The notes beneath the pieces are model-generated. The model made no database searches, was not told the origin of the DNA, and saw only the letters and a list, made by a program, of their open reading frames with translations. A DNA stretch of 64,000 nt, taken from the sequence record NC_028950.1; one strand, 5' to 3'. Positions 19,181-27,529 of this stretch are shown piece by piece. How positions within the stretch are numbered: position 1 is the first letter of the stretch; each line of letters opens with the position of its first letter. The position numbers were made by a program, and so were the translations under genes.

Positions 19181-19725
19181 TGGAACTGCTTCAGCCTTGG
19201 AAAACCAGCATCGGCAAAATGTCTGTCCTCGATTTCGTGGATATCGATGCGATGCTAAACGAAGTCATGCAACACCCGATGGTGATGGAGAATCCGCGCA
19301 ACGGAGCACTTCGGGTGAAGTATGAAGAGTTTCCGATCTGTTCGGATGTGCTGGAACACAAGCTCAAGCCGGAAGTCGAGAAGTACATCGAAATGTTGGG
19401 TGGTCGTCCGCCCAGAGGTCTCGCATGGAGTAGCTGGTTTCACATCTGCATGCATGGTAACGGATTGATTCCGCACTACCATGACGAGGCACTGAATTCC
19501 GTTCTGTATTTTACAACGTCGAAGGCTAATCTGGTGCTACGCGATCCCCTGTCCTCACAAGCCAGGCAGTGGCCGCAGGACATGCGCAAGAAGATGCACG
19601 CCGACCAACAGTTTCACCCAGTCAAGGGAGACTTCCTGATGTTCCCGGGATACGTCGACCATTATGTCATGGCCGATGAACCGGACTTCCGGATCTCCAT
19701 GGCTACTGACTGGATTTTCAGGTAA
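19177..19725 (+). CDS. 2OG-Fe(II) oxygenase (HxH type)
   Basis: LIPHYH..SVLYF..LRDP..GDFLMFPGYVDHYV..RIS. Confidence 0.8.
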   Translation: MMELLQPWKTSIGKMSVLDFVDIDAMLNEVMQHPMVMENPRNGALRVKYEEFPICSDVLEHKLKPEVEKYIEMLGGRPPRGLAWSSWFHICMHGNGLIPHYHDEALNSVLYFTTSKANLVLRDPLSSQARQWPQDMRKKMHADQQFHPVKGDFLMFPGYVDHYVMADEPDFRISMATDWIFR

Positions 19726-19730
19726 ACAAC

Positions 19731-20672
19731 ATGCTAGCTAACGAATCCGGGATCCTTAACGTCTCGTTGAATCCCACGTACTACTGCAACTTCCGTTGCG
19801 ACTTCTGCTACCTCACGAAGAAGCAGTTGAATACGCAGAACTACCTGCCGATCGACGGGATCCGTAAGCGTTTCCTGGATATCGTTAACTCCGGCCATGA
19901 AATCGGTCACGTGGATCTGTACGGTGGGGAAGTGCTGCTTCTCCCCAACGAGTATTTGCTCCAGATCGCTGACCTGATGCAGGAATTCGCAGTCGAGGAT
20001 TGCGAGATCATCACCAACCTGTCTGCCTACAAGAAGCAGGTAGTCGAAGATCTGCGTTTCGGTATTTCCGTGAGCTACGATTTTGAACATCGTGCTCAGC
20101 ACGAGCATGTCTGGCAGAACATGCTCAAGATCCCCCGTGAGTTCACGATCCTCACGCTTGGCATTCCTGAAATCGTCAAGCGAGATCCGGCTGAACTCAT
20201 CGAACAGATCAACCTGCTGGAGAATTGCAAAGCCTGGGAGATCAAGCCTTACAGCAAGAACCAGGCTAACCAGCTTGATGTGACCGATGCTGAGTTCGAA
20301 GAATTCGTCAAGAAGATCATCGAGTACCCGAACAAGAAGTTCGAGTTCCTCAATGAGACGAAGCTTCGGACCATCAAGTTCCGTGACTACAACGCGTTCT
20401 CCGACAACCACGTCTACATCACGCCTAAGGGTAACTTCGGTGTGCTGGAGTTTGACGAGAACGATCGTGAGTTCTTCCTTGAACTGAAGACCATGGACCA
20501 ATATGTCATGTGGACTCAGGGTGAGAAGGCTCGGGTCATGAGTAACGAAACCTGTGGTAGCTGCCAGTACATGGGCAAGTGCGCTTCCGAGCATCTGCGG
20601 GAAGTCAAGTCCATGCAAGACGGCTGCAACGGCTTTTACAATTTGATTTCTTGGTTCGAGGCCCGGTCATGA
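19731..20672 (+). CDS. Radical SAM protein 5
   Basis: NPTYYCNFRCDFCYL, LYGGEV, C-terminal CGSCQYMGKC..C. Confidence 0.88.
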   Translation: MLANESGILNVSLNPTYYCNFRCDFCYLTKKQLNTQNYLPIDGIRKRFLDIVNSGHEIGHVDLYGGEVLLLPNEYLLQIADLMQEFAVEDCEIITNLSAYKKQVVEDLRFGISVSYDFEHRAQHEHVWQNMLKIPREFTILTLGIPEIVKRDPAELIEQINLLENCKAWEIKPYSKNQANQLDVTDAEFEEFVKKIIEYPNKKFEFLNETKLRTIKFRDYNAFSDNHVYITPKGNFGVLEFDENDREFFLELKTMDQYVMWTQGEKARVMSNETCGSCQYMGKCASEHLREVKSMQDGCNGFYNLISWFEARS

Positions 20673-21229
20673 GCGTGAGTAACCTTTGGAGTACCCCCAT
20701 CGGCGAACGTAATCTGGAACCAAAGGTTACGTTCTACAAATTGCTGGATGAAGTAATGAGTCACCCGGCAATCATGCGTGACGTGAAAGTCGGTTCGCTT
20801 CGTATTTCGGACCGCAAGGACGAATTCCCTCAATGCACTCAGTTCATCGAGAATCATCTTCAGGATGAACTGAAAGGCTACGTGTACCAGGAGTTCGGTC
20901 ACCGCGTTAAGGGTGTGAGGTGGTCGGCCTGGATTCATACATGCTTTCGTGGTACGGGTTTGGTTCCGCATTACCACATGGGCGATGAGCACTTCGCTAG
21001 TGTTCTGTATCTGTCGGAGTCGAAGGCATCTCTGATTATCCGGGATCCTCGGGCCAACATGGTTCGCAACTTTCCTCAGGAAATCCTGAAGACGAATTTT
21101 GCGGATTACAAGCTCGATCCTCGCCCTGGCGATTTCGTGATGTTCCCCACTTACCTCGATCATTACGTGATGTCGGATGAACCTGACTTCCGCGTTTCGA
21201 TCGCTATCGATTGGTGTCTCGATGATTAA
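20669..21229 (+). CDS. 2OG-Fe(II) oxygenase (HxH type), paralogue of 19177-19725
   Basis: LVPHYH..SVLYL..IRDP..GDFVMFPTYLDHYV..RVS; start ATG 20669 overlaps the previous stop. Confidence 0.8.
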   Translation: MSVSNLWSTPIGERNLEPKVTFYKLLDEVMSHPAIMRDVKVGSLRISDRKDEFPQCTQFIENHLQDELKGYVYQEFGHRVKGVRWSAWIHTCFRGTGLVPHYHMGDEHFASVLYLSESKASLIIRDPRANMVRNFPQEILKTNFADYKLDPRPGDFVMFPTYLDHYVMSDEPDFRVSIAIDWCLDD

Positions 21230-21890
21230 CCCTCTGAAGCAAGAAGACGTCGACCGTCTGAAAGAAACGACGAAAGTCGCCCCCATCACACTCGAACGCA
21301 AGCCGTTCAATTCGACCGACTTCCTCGGCGACTACCTGACGAAGGGGTTCTACTCCTTCTCAGCCAAGCATCTCATGGCGCCCATCGAAATCCAGCGTTT
21401 CGAAGTCGTCACGGTGAAACACGAAGACAACTGCTTCCATGCAGAAGGTCATGAGTTCCACAACGACTACATGCGTCTGTCGATCGAACAACTCGGTCGC
21501 GATCTGCGTCGCTGGCTCCATGAAGTGCCGGTCGAACTCACATTCGACTTCTTCGCGGAATCGGTCAACGATCACGTGCAGCACTGGCATAGCGATGCGC
21601 AATACGCGATGCCGGAACAGAACGCAACCATCAACTGCTTTTTCGACAATACGTCGGAAACGCTCGGTGGTCGTTTCGACATGGCTCCGTACAGCGCGGA
21701 CATCATCGGCACGAAGAAGCTCCCGGGCTACTTCACGTCGATCTATCCGCAAGCTTACGACGTGATCATCTTCAACCAGAACCGGAACTTCCTGCATAAG
21801 GCGGTGCCGTCGGTTGCTAAGCGTCGTATGGTTTCGTTCGCGGCAACGTTTGCCGACATCAACCCTCTTCTCCCGAATTGGCAGCCATGA
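21222..21890 (+). CDS. 2OG-Fe(II) oxygenase (HxD type, prolyl-hydroxylase-like)
   Basis: WHSD..INCFFD..LGG..IIFNQNRNFLHKA..RR. Confidence 0.7.
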   Translation: MINPLKQEDVDRLKETTKVAPITLERKPFNSTDFLGDYLTKGFYSFSAKHLMAPIEIQRFEVVTVKHEDNCFHAEGHEFHNDYMRLSIEQLGRDLRRWLHEVPVELTFDFFAESVNDHVQHWHSDAQYAMPEQNATINCFFDNTSETLGGRFDMAPYSADIIGTKKLPGYFTSIYPQAYDVIIFNQNRNFLHKAVPSVAKRRMVSFAATFADINPLLPNWQP

Positions 21891-22468
21891 TCGACACAGG
21901 CGAATTCATCAGCGAGTATTTGACCAAAGGCTTCTATCGTTTCGATGCTTCGGAGGTTCTCTCCAGATTCGATATCAAGGCTTTTGGGACGATCAAGAAA
22001 ACGGACGCAACGTTCGACACGGAAGATCCGAAAGAGCGCTACAAGGCTTATACGCCAGCGCAAACGGTACTCCTGCGTCAATTGTTGAAGGATATCTCTG
22101 AAGTCTACTTCAGCGACCTCAACCACGAGCTCCGTTTCAACGATATGTGGGCGTCGGCGAACCCGTACACCTACTCCTGGCACAACGACACGCTGCGTTG
22201 CTGGCCTGGCTTCAACAGCAATGTGAACTGCTATTTCGATAGCATGGATGAATCGATCGGCGGTGCGTTGCAGATGCACCCGATGGTGGAAGATTACGAT
22301 TCGATCGCCGACGACAGTCCGTTGATTGCGGAAGTCTTCCCCCAGAAGTTCGACATCATCGTCATCAATCAGAACAGCACGTTCCTGCACCGTGTCCGTC
22401 ATACGGAAGAGAAGCGCACGATGCTCTCGTTCGCAGCAGGCTTCTTCGACTTCAACCCGGTCTTCTAA
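21878..22468 (+). CDS. 2OG-Fe(II) oxygenase (HxD type), paralogue of 21222-21890
   Basis: WHND..VNCYFD..IGG..IVINQNSTFLHRV..KR. Confidence 0.7.
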   Translation: MAAMIDTGEFISEYLTKGFYRFDASEVLSRFDIKAFGTIKKTDATFDTEDPKERYKAYTPAQTVLLRQLLKDISEVYFSDLNHELRFNDMWASANPYTYSWHNDTLRCWPGFNSNVNCYFDSMDESIGGALQMHPMVEDYDSIADDSPLIAEVFPQKFDIIVINQNSTFLHRVRHTEEKRTMLSFAAGFFDFNPVF

Positions 22469-22470
22469 TC

Positions 22471-22890
22471 ATGCAAGAATGGAAGATGTGGCAGGAGATG
22501 TACAACAACCTGGTAACCGATCACTCGGATGCCGGACATAAACACCTGCGAGAGATCCGTGATCTGACTGTCGAGAATGCGCTCTTCTACATTCTTGAAC
22601 AGGCGGGTTATGGAATCTATCCTGCCAAGTCCTACATGGTGGCGATCATCTATGCCACCAAACTTCAGGAAGTTTATGGAGAGGATTTCTACGAGGTTCT
22701 GGATGATCCGGAGCTTCTGTACGGGCAGGATGATTTCTTTGTTCCGTACTCGCAAAACAAGGCGTTCTACGATGAACTCATCGAAGCTCTGAAAACGATT
22801 CCGAACTGGATCGAGAAAGGATGGGCTCCGAAGACAGTCGAGTACTTCCACTTGGAGTGTACTGAAGCGGGCGTAGCATCGATCAGCTGA
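22471..22890 (+). CDS. Hypothetical protein closing the radical SAM cluster
   Basis: 139-aa ORF in the same operon; YPAKSYMVAIIYA motif of unknown function. Confidence 0.7.
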   Translation: MQEWKMWQEMYNNLVTDHSDAGHKHLREIRDLTVENALFYILEQAGYGIYPAKSYMVAIIYATKLQEVYGEDFYEVLDDPELLYGQDDFFVPYSQNKAFYDELIEALKTIPNWIEKGWAPKTVEYFHLECTEAGVASIS

Positions 22891-22921
22891 TCCTATAGTG
22901 TCCGACTAACAGGGGATTATA

Positions 22922-23230
22922 GTGGGCTTCGATCTCACCAAGCTGAACACTGCCTTTCAGACACTGACCACGTGGGTAACTGCTGGTCTGTCGAAGAAAG
23001 CAGACGCAACTGCGACATCCAATGCACTGGCCACTAAAGCCAATGCTACGGATCTCGCAACCACCAACACAAATCTGTCGAACCTCACGACCACCGTGGG
23101 AACGAAGGCAGATGCGACGGCAACGTCGAACGCACTGGCTACGAAGCAGAGTACGGTCCTCACGGGAACGGCTGCTCCTGCTGCTGGTACAGGCAATAAC
23201 GGGGACGTGTTCTTCGTCACCGATACCTGA
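22922..23230 (+). CDS. Small fibre-like protein (KADATATSNALATK repeats)
   Basis: Direct repeat of KADATATSNALATK; ends GTAAPAAGTGNNGDVFF, a motif typical of fibre proteins. Confidence 0.65.
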   Translation: MGFDLTKLNTAFQTLTTWVTAGLSKKADATATSNALATKANATDLATTNTNLSNLTTTVGTKADATATSNALATKQSTVLTGTAAPAAGTGNNGDVFFVTDT

Positions 23231-23238
23231 TGCACAGA

Positions 23239-23272
23239 CATATACTCCTGGGCGCAAGCCCAGGAGTATATG
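23239..23272. terminator. Hairpin between convergent genes
   Basis: CATATACTCCTGGGC-gcaa-GCCCAGGAGTATATG. Confidence 0.75.
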
Positions 23273-23283
23273 CTCTATGTCTG

Positions 23284-23973
23284 TCATGCCGAACCGTTGT
23301 ACCAGTTGTTTTCCCAGATGAAACAGGGAATGGCGATTGCTGCATTCGGGTCACCTGTACCCGTTCCAGCTGCACCGGACGGATAGGTAACACCAACGTT
23401 CTGTTCCGTAAGAGGAGCAGAGCCTACTTTACCGATCAGCAGATATGCCGAACGATATGCGAAGTTGGCATTGCCGTAGATTCCGGAAGTACCGCCAACG
23501 CGATACACAGCTGCAGGCAGGCTGTTTCTCAGACGACCGCTATACGGCTCATCGTAACTCACCAATGCAAACAACTGACCATTCGGCATTGCGTTCAGAT
23601 CGTTAGTGAGTCCGTCGATCTGACCAGTCACTACCGGGTTGGTGTTGTTTTGCAAATACTGATCTTCGCCAAACACGTCGTATTGCTTGGAGAAAATCAT
23701 GTTCCCGTACTTGTCGAACTGGATCAGGTTATAGCTCCGACCTGCCGATTCGATTTGCACACCATCCATCCAAATGCCTTTGTTAGCAGCAGGATAGATG
23801 GTCTGAGAAAGTCCGAGAGCGAAGATCGAGTAGTTATGTCGCCCGAACGTTTGCTTCCAGACTCCGCCTTGTTTGACATATGCTGCATTTACGCGCTTCC
23901 AGGCCCCGGATGCTTTATAGAAGATTTTGGCAACATGATGCCAGGCACCTGCTGCTTTAGAATAAATGGTCAT
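23284..23973 (-). CDS. Putative tail accessory protein: GxWK repeats plus ILEI/PANDER-like lectin domain
   Basis: N-terminus GAWHHV..GAWKRV..GVWKQTF; GRSYNL..YDVF..LNAMPNGQLFALVSYDEP..YRSAYLLIG resembles the ILEI domain. Confidence 0.65.
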   Translation of the reverse strand: MTIYSKAAGAWHHVAKIFYKASGAWKRVNAAYVKQGGVWKQTFGRHNYSIFALGLSQTIYPAANKGIWMDGVQIESAGRSYNLIQFDKYGNMIFSKQYDVFGEDQYLQNNTNPVVTGQIDGLTNDLNAMPNGQLFALVSYDEPYSGRLRNSLPAAVYRVGGTSGIYGNANFAYRSAYLLIGKVGSAPLTEQNVGVTYPSGAAGTGTGDPNAAIAIPCFIWENNWYNGSA

Positions 23974-24034
23974 AATGCTGTCTCAGGTAAATGATCATAA
24001 AATCTTGTGACAATGCTGCTTTTTAGGAAACGAT

Positions 24035-24751
24035 ATGTTAACGCCAATGATGATGTCGAAGAAGAAAGGTATAAATACGGTACTGCTTCTTCGATTCAAT
24101 GGCAATGTCGTCGTAGACGCGAGCGGACGCCATTCACCATCGGTAGTGGGCGGGCCCGGTTTCAGTACGACAAATGCCAAATTCAATACCGCACTAAGCC
24201 TCAATGGTGCAAACCAACGTATCACCATCGCCGATGCGCTTTCGGATTTCCTGTTCAATCCGACTCAAGCATTCACGTTCGAAATGTGGGCCAAGTTCAA
24301 TTCCTGGACACCCTCAGGTGGCGGTAGTCAGAACACGATGTTCGGCATGTTCAAGACATCTAGTCCTGGAACAGTTGGCGGTAACCGGTACAGCATGAAC
24401 TATAGCAGTTCCGGTAATGCTACGATTTATAACCAGTCGAGCGCATCGAATCTGATCTACGCTTCATCGCCAGATACCACAGGCGTGTATCACCACTACG
24501 CTCTATGTCGTGATACGAGCGGTAATATCGCTTACTATATCGATGGGATTGTTCGAGGAGCTACGCCTCCCTATACCGACAACAATACCTGGATTGCCGA
24601 TGTTCTCGATGTAGGCGGTAGCTCTGCATTCAATTCGACCCCCAATGCTTATTTCGAAGAAGTCCGCGTTAGCCGAGTTCGTCGATATACGGGAGGTAAT
24701 CTGGGCGCTGCCAACTTTACGTTACCTTCTGGTCCTTTTACGCTAGATTAA
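24035..24751 (+). CDS. LamG/concanavalin A-like lectin-domain protein
   Basis: VLLLRFNG, AFTFEMW, YHHYALCRD..YYIDG, YFEEVRVSRVRRY. Confidence 0.75.
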   Translation: MLTPMMMSKKKGINTVLLLRFNGNVVVDASGRHSPSVVGGPGFSTTNAKFNTALSLNGANQRITIADALSDFLFNPTQAFTFEMWAKFNSWTPSGGGSQNTMFGMFKTSSPGTVGGNRYSMNYSSSGNATIYNQSSASNLIYASSPDTTGVYHHYALCRDTSGNIAYYIDGIVRGATPPYTDNNTWIADVLDVGGSSAFNSTPNAYFEEVRVSRVRRYTGGNLGAANFTLPSGPFTLD

Positions 24752-24793
24752 GTCTATCGTGTGGCAATTCCAAACTTTCAAAAAGAGGTGACT

Positions 24794-25588
24794 ATGAGTT
24801 TCGATCCGGTTTACACGGCTGGAATCCAGAAAGCGATCAACGAGAAGGCTGGCCAAAATCTCAAGCCCGACGGTGCCTTTGGTCCGATGTCTGTTGCCGC
24901 ACTGCGTACGTGTCAGGCAAAGCTGGGCTGTCCCGTCACTGGTGTCTACGACACGGCTACGCAAGCCATCCTCGATCCATTCATCCGTCAGAAGTATCTG
25001 ACGATGGCATCGTTTCAGGCAGCCGCACAAGCGCTTGGCGTCACTCCTGCACACGTTCGTGCCGTGTGTGCTGTGGAATCGAATGGTGTAGGCTTCCTGC
25101 CCGATGGTCGCGTGAAGATCCTCTTCGAGCGTCACTGGTTCCGTGCAGCACTGATTGCCAACAAGATCCCGAACTTCCAGCAACTCTCCGTTGCTAACGC
25201 CGACATCATCGGTGACCAAGGCGGTTATGTGGGTGGTACGGGCGAGTATCCGCGTCTTGCACGTGCTATCAAGATCGATCCGAAGTCGGCTTACTATGCG
25301 ACGAGCTATGGTCTCTTTCAGATCATGGGCTTCAACGCATCGTACGCAGGTTACAGTTCGGCTGAAGCGCTTTACAATGCCTGCCAGCAATCGGAAACGA
25401 ATCAGCTGCTCGCATTCGTAAGCTTCATCAAGACCTACCAGGGCGGCATTCTCTGGAAGGCTCTGAAGGCGCAAGACTGGGTGACGTTTGCCCTGCATTA
25501 CAACGGTGCTGCCTACAAGCAGAACCAGTACGATACGAAACTGTCTTCGTACTTCGCGACGTACACCAACAACATCAATGCAGCATAA
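24794..25588 (+). CDS. Modular endolysin: peptidoglycan-binding domain plus N-acetylmuramidase (DUF3380-type)
   Basis: DGAFGPMS..Q..TGVYD (PG-binding); AVCAVES.G.GF...KILFERHWF, SYGLFQIMGFN, W..FA..YNG..Y..NQYD; GAGGTG RBS before ATG 24794. Confidence 0.9.
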   Translation: MSFDPVYTAGIQKAINEKAGQNLKPDGAFGPMSVAALRTCQAKLGCPVTGVYDTATQAILDPFIRQKYLTMASFQAAAQALGVTPAHVRAVCAVESNGVGFLPDGRVKILFERHWFRAALIANKIPNFQQLSVANADIIGDQGGYVGGTGEYPRLARAIKIDPKSAYYATSYGLFQIMGFNASYAGYSSAEALYNACQQSETNQLLAFVSFIKTYQGGILWKALKAQDWVTFALHYNGAAYKQNQYDTKLSSYFATYTNNINAA

Positions 25589-25596
25589 AGCGACTA

Positions 25597-25626
25597 TCCT
25601 ACTCCTGCCGCAAGGCAGGAGTAGGA
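25597..25626. terminator. Hairpin between convergent genes
   Basis: TCCTACTCCTGCC-gcaa-GGCAGGAGTAGGA. Confidence 0.75.
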
Positions 25627-25648
25627 GTGTCTTTCGTTTATTACGACA

Positions 25649-27193
25649 TCATGCGTCGAAGTTGTACTCGGTGATGTCGAAGCCGTTACGATCGTCCTTC
25701 GTCTGGTAAGCGAGCTTGCGCAGCTGACCGACGTCGAATTCCACCGTCTCGCCCTGGAAAGGACAGCTGACGGTACGACCGTTGAACTTGAACTTCGAAA
25801 CATCGTCGCCCGTCAAACGAATGACGCGCTTGCCGGCCAGGCTCATCGAGAACCACTTCAGTTGGCCCGGATTGTTTTCGGTGAAGATACGCGTTTCACC
25901 ATTACGATCCGTCTTGATGTTGATGACACCGAAGCGACCATCCTTCTGAGGCCACAGAGTCATATCGATACGCTCGATATTCTTCTTGTTGTGTTCGACT
26001 TCGCGCGCCGCGCTTTCCATCATGCCGATGTAGTCCTTCGCATCGGTCATGTCGGTGAGCGAATAGCTCCCGGTATCGGTATTGCGCGTCGTCTTGTGGC
26101 CCGATTTGTCGATGTGCGAGACCGACTTCTTGGTGTGCTGGGAAGTCATGTCCATGCCGCGATGGCCATAGATTGCCGTCACCAGCGGCCCGAGGATCGG
26201 AATCATCGGAACCAGAACCTGACCCATCGACGAGAAAGCTTCGTTCGACTTCTGACCTGCCTTGAAGTTTTCAGTCGTAGCGTTGGTCAGATCGTCGGTG
26301 TCGCTCTTGACCTGTTTTTGCAGATCGTCGCCACCTTGATCGTCATCACCACCACCCTGATCGTCCGAACCACCGGAACCATCGCCGTTCTGATCATCGC
26401 CACCACCAGTGTCACCAGAGCCGTCGTCTGCCGGGGGCGCACCGTTGCCTTGATCGTTCTGCTTGTTCTCGCCGTCTTCGTCGGTAGCACCAGCATTCGG
26501 ATCGGAATTGCCGTAGTCAGCCAGCGGCTGGTTCGTGTTCGGCGTGAGGAACATCGTCTCGTACATCTGCTTGATCTTCTCTTCCGCTTCAGGCGAAGCC
26601 AGACCTTCAGAGCCGTCGAGCATTTCCATGAATTCCATCGGCAGTGCCGGGAGTTCCTTACCACGCGGCCAGCGTTCCAGGTCGATCTTGACCCAGTCGT
26701 GGTATTGCGCACCGGGTTTCGGGAAACAGTCGACTTCCCAGTTCAGATCGCTGCCTTCGATGTTGAAGGTGTAACGATCCTTGATCATGCCGGCGTCGCC
26801 GAAGTACTTGAAGATGTTGAACTGGTCGAGCGAGGACTGTTCCGGCGTTTCCGCACAGCTGCCACGCGAACCGATGTCCAGCTTCGACGTGAGAACGTAG
26901 GACACAGCAGCGCCTGGTTCACGCAGGTTGATCGACTTGCGAACACGGATCGAGCCGGACCCAGCATTCTTGTCGGTCTTCGCGATCTTGACGGACCATT
27001 GCTCCTGGCGTTCAGCGCCAGTTGCCCGTTCGAGCCATGCGAAATCCTTGACGCGAACATAGATCACTCGCTCGATCTCAGCCGAGGTACGGCCGGAAAC
27101 ATCTTCCGCCTCGTTGGAAGCCATGCCCAGAAGGGTCTTGGCCTCGACACCCTGAAACGCTTCTGCCATCAGGGTTCTGGGTCCGAAACTCAT
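25649..27193 (-). CDS. CYTH-like domain protein with acidic linker; putative head protein
   Basis: EIERVIY, IRVRK, KDRYTF, WEVDCF and KIDLE pattern of the CYTH tunnel fold; S-N-E-A motifs like jumbo-phage prohead protease sites. Confidence 0.55.
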   Translation of the reverse strand: MSFGPRTLMAEAFQGVEAKTLLGMASNEAEDVSGRTSAEIERVIYVRVKDFAWLERATGAERQEQWSVKIAKTDKNAGSGSIRVRKSINLREPGAAVSYVLTSKLDIGSRGSCAETPEQSSLDQFNIFKYFGDAGMIKDRYTFNIEGSDLNWEVDCFPKPGAQYHDWVKIDLERWPRGKELPALPMEFMEMLDGSEGLASPEAEEKIKQMYETMFLTPNTNQPLADYGNSDPNAGATDEDGENKQNDQGNGAPPADDGSGDTGGGDDQNGDGSGGSDDQGGGDDDQGGDDLQKQVKSDTDDLTNATTENFKAGQKSNEAFSSMGQVLVPMIPILGPLVTAIYGHRGMDMTSQHTKKSVSHIDKSGHKTTRNTDTGSYSLTDMTDAKDYIGMMESAAREVEHNKKNIERIDMTLWPQKDGRFGVINIKTDRNGETRIFTENNPGQLKWFSMSLAGKRVIRLTGDDVSKFKFNGRTVSCPFQGETVEFDVGQLRKLAYQTKDDRNGFDITEYNFDA

Positions 27194-27208
27194 AAGTTTG
27201 CTCCTTGC

Positions 27209-27529
27209 TTAGCCAGGCAAGAAGATCTTCATCAACTCAATAATGCTGTCGATAAATTTCTCCACCAGCTTGGCTTCAGGTAAAGGTTTTTCGAGAATGA
27301 AAGAAAGGAAATAGGTGAGGAAGATGAGAAAGAGCAGAACGATCAGAGCCGTGACGATTTTCCGTACAAACGGATTCTTCAAACGTTCCTTCATTTCCTC
27401 ATCCTCTCGGTCAATGTCGAGAGCATTCTCGACGCGATCCAGAAGATCATCGGTGGAGTTATGCTCCTTTTCCTTGGGTTCTTCCGGTTTGGCAGTCATA
27501 ACTGCCGGTTCAGTTGCTGGCGTTGCCAT
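27209..27529 (-). CDS. Small membrane protein, possible holin
   Basis: One strong TM segment (IVTALIVLLFLIFLTYFLSFIL) plus an amphipathic C-terminal helix; directly downstream of the spanins. Confidence 0.4.
   Translation of the reverse strand: MATPATEPAVMTAKPEEPKEKEHNSTDDLLDRVENALDIDREDEEMKERLKNPFVRKIVTALIVLLFLIFLTYFLSFILEKPLPEAKLVEKFIDSIIELMKIFLPG

Noticed and set aside
10899-20672. Radical SAM cluster as a 7-deazaguanine (QueE) or other DNA-hypermodification pathway
   Set aside because: No FolE, QueC, QueD, DpdA/TGT, kinase or glycosyltransferase genes are in the window, and the rSAMs carry SPASM-like Cys clusters typical of peptide-modifying enzymes. It is not fully excluded, since partners could lie outside the window.
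744-24751. Lectin / GxWK cassettes as an invertible shufflon or a diversity-generating retroelement
   Set aside because: No recombinase/invertase, reverse transcriptase or near-identical template/variable repeat pair is visible. The two cassettes are divergent paralogues rather than one invertible segment.
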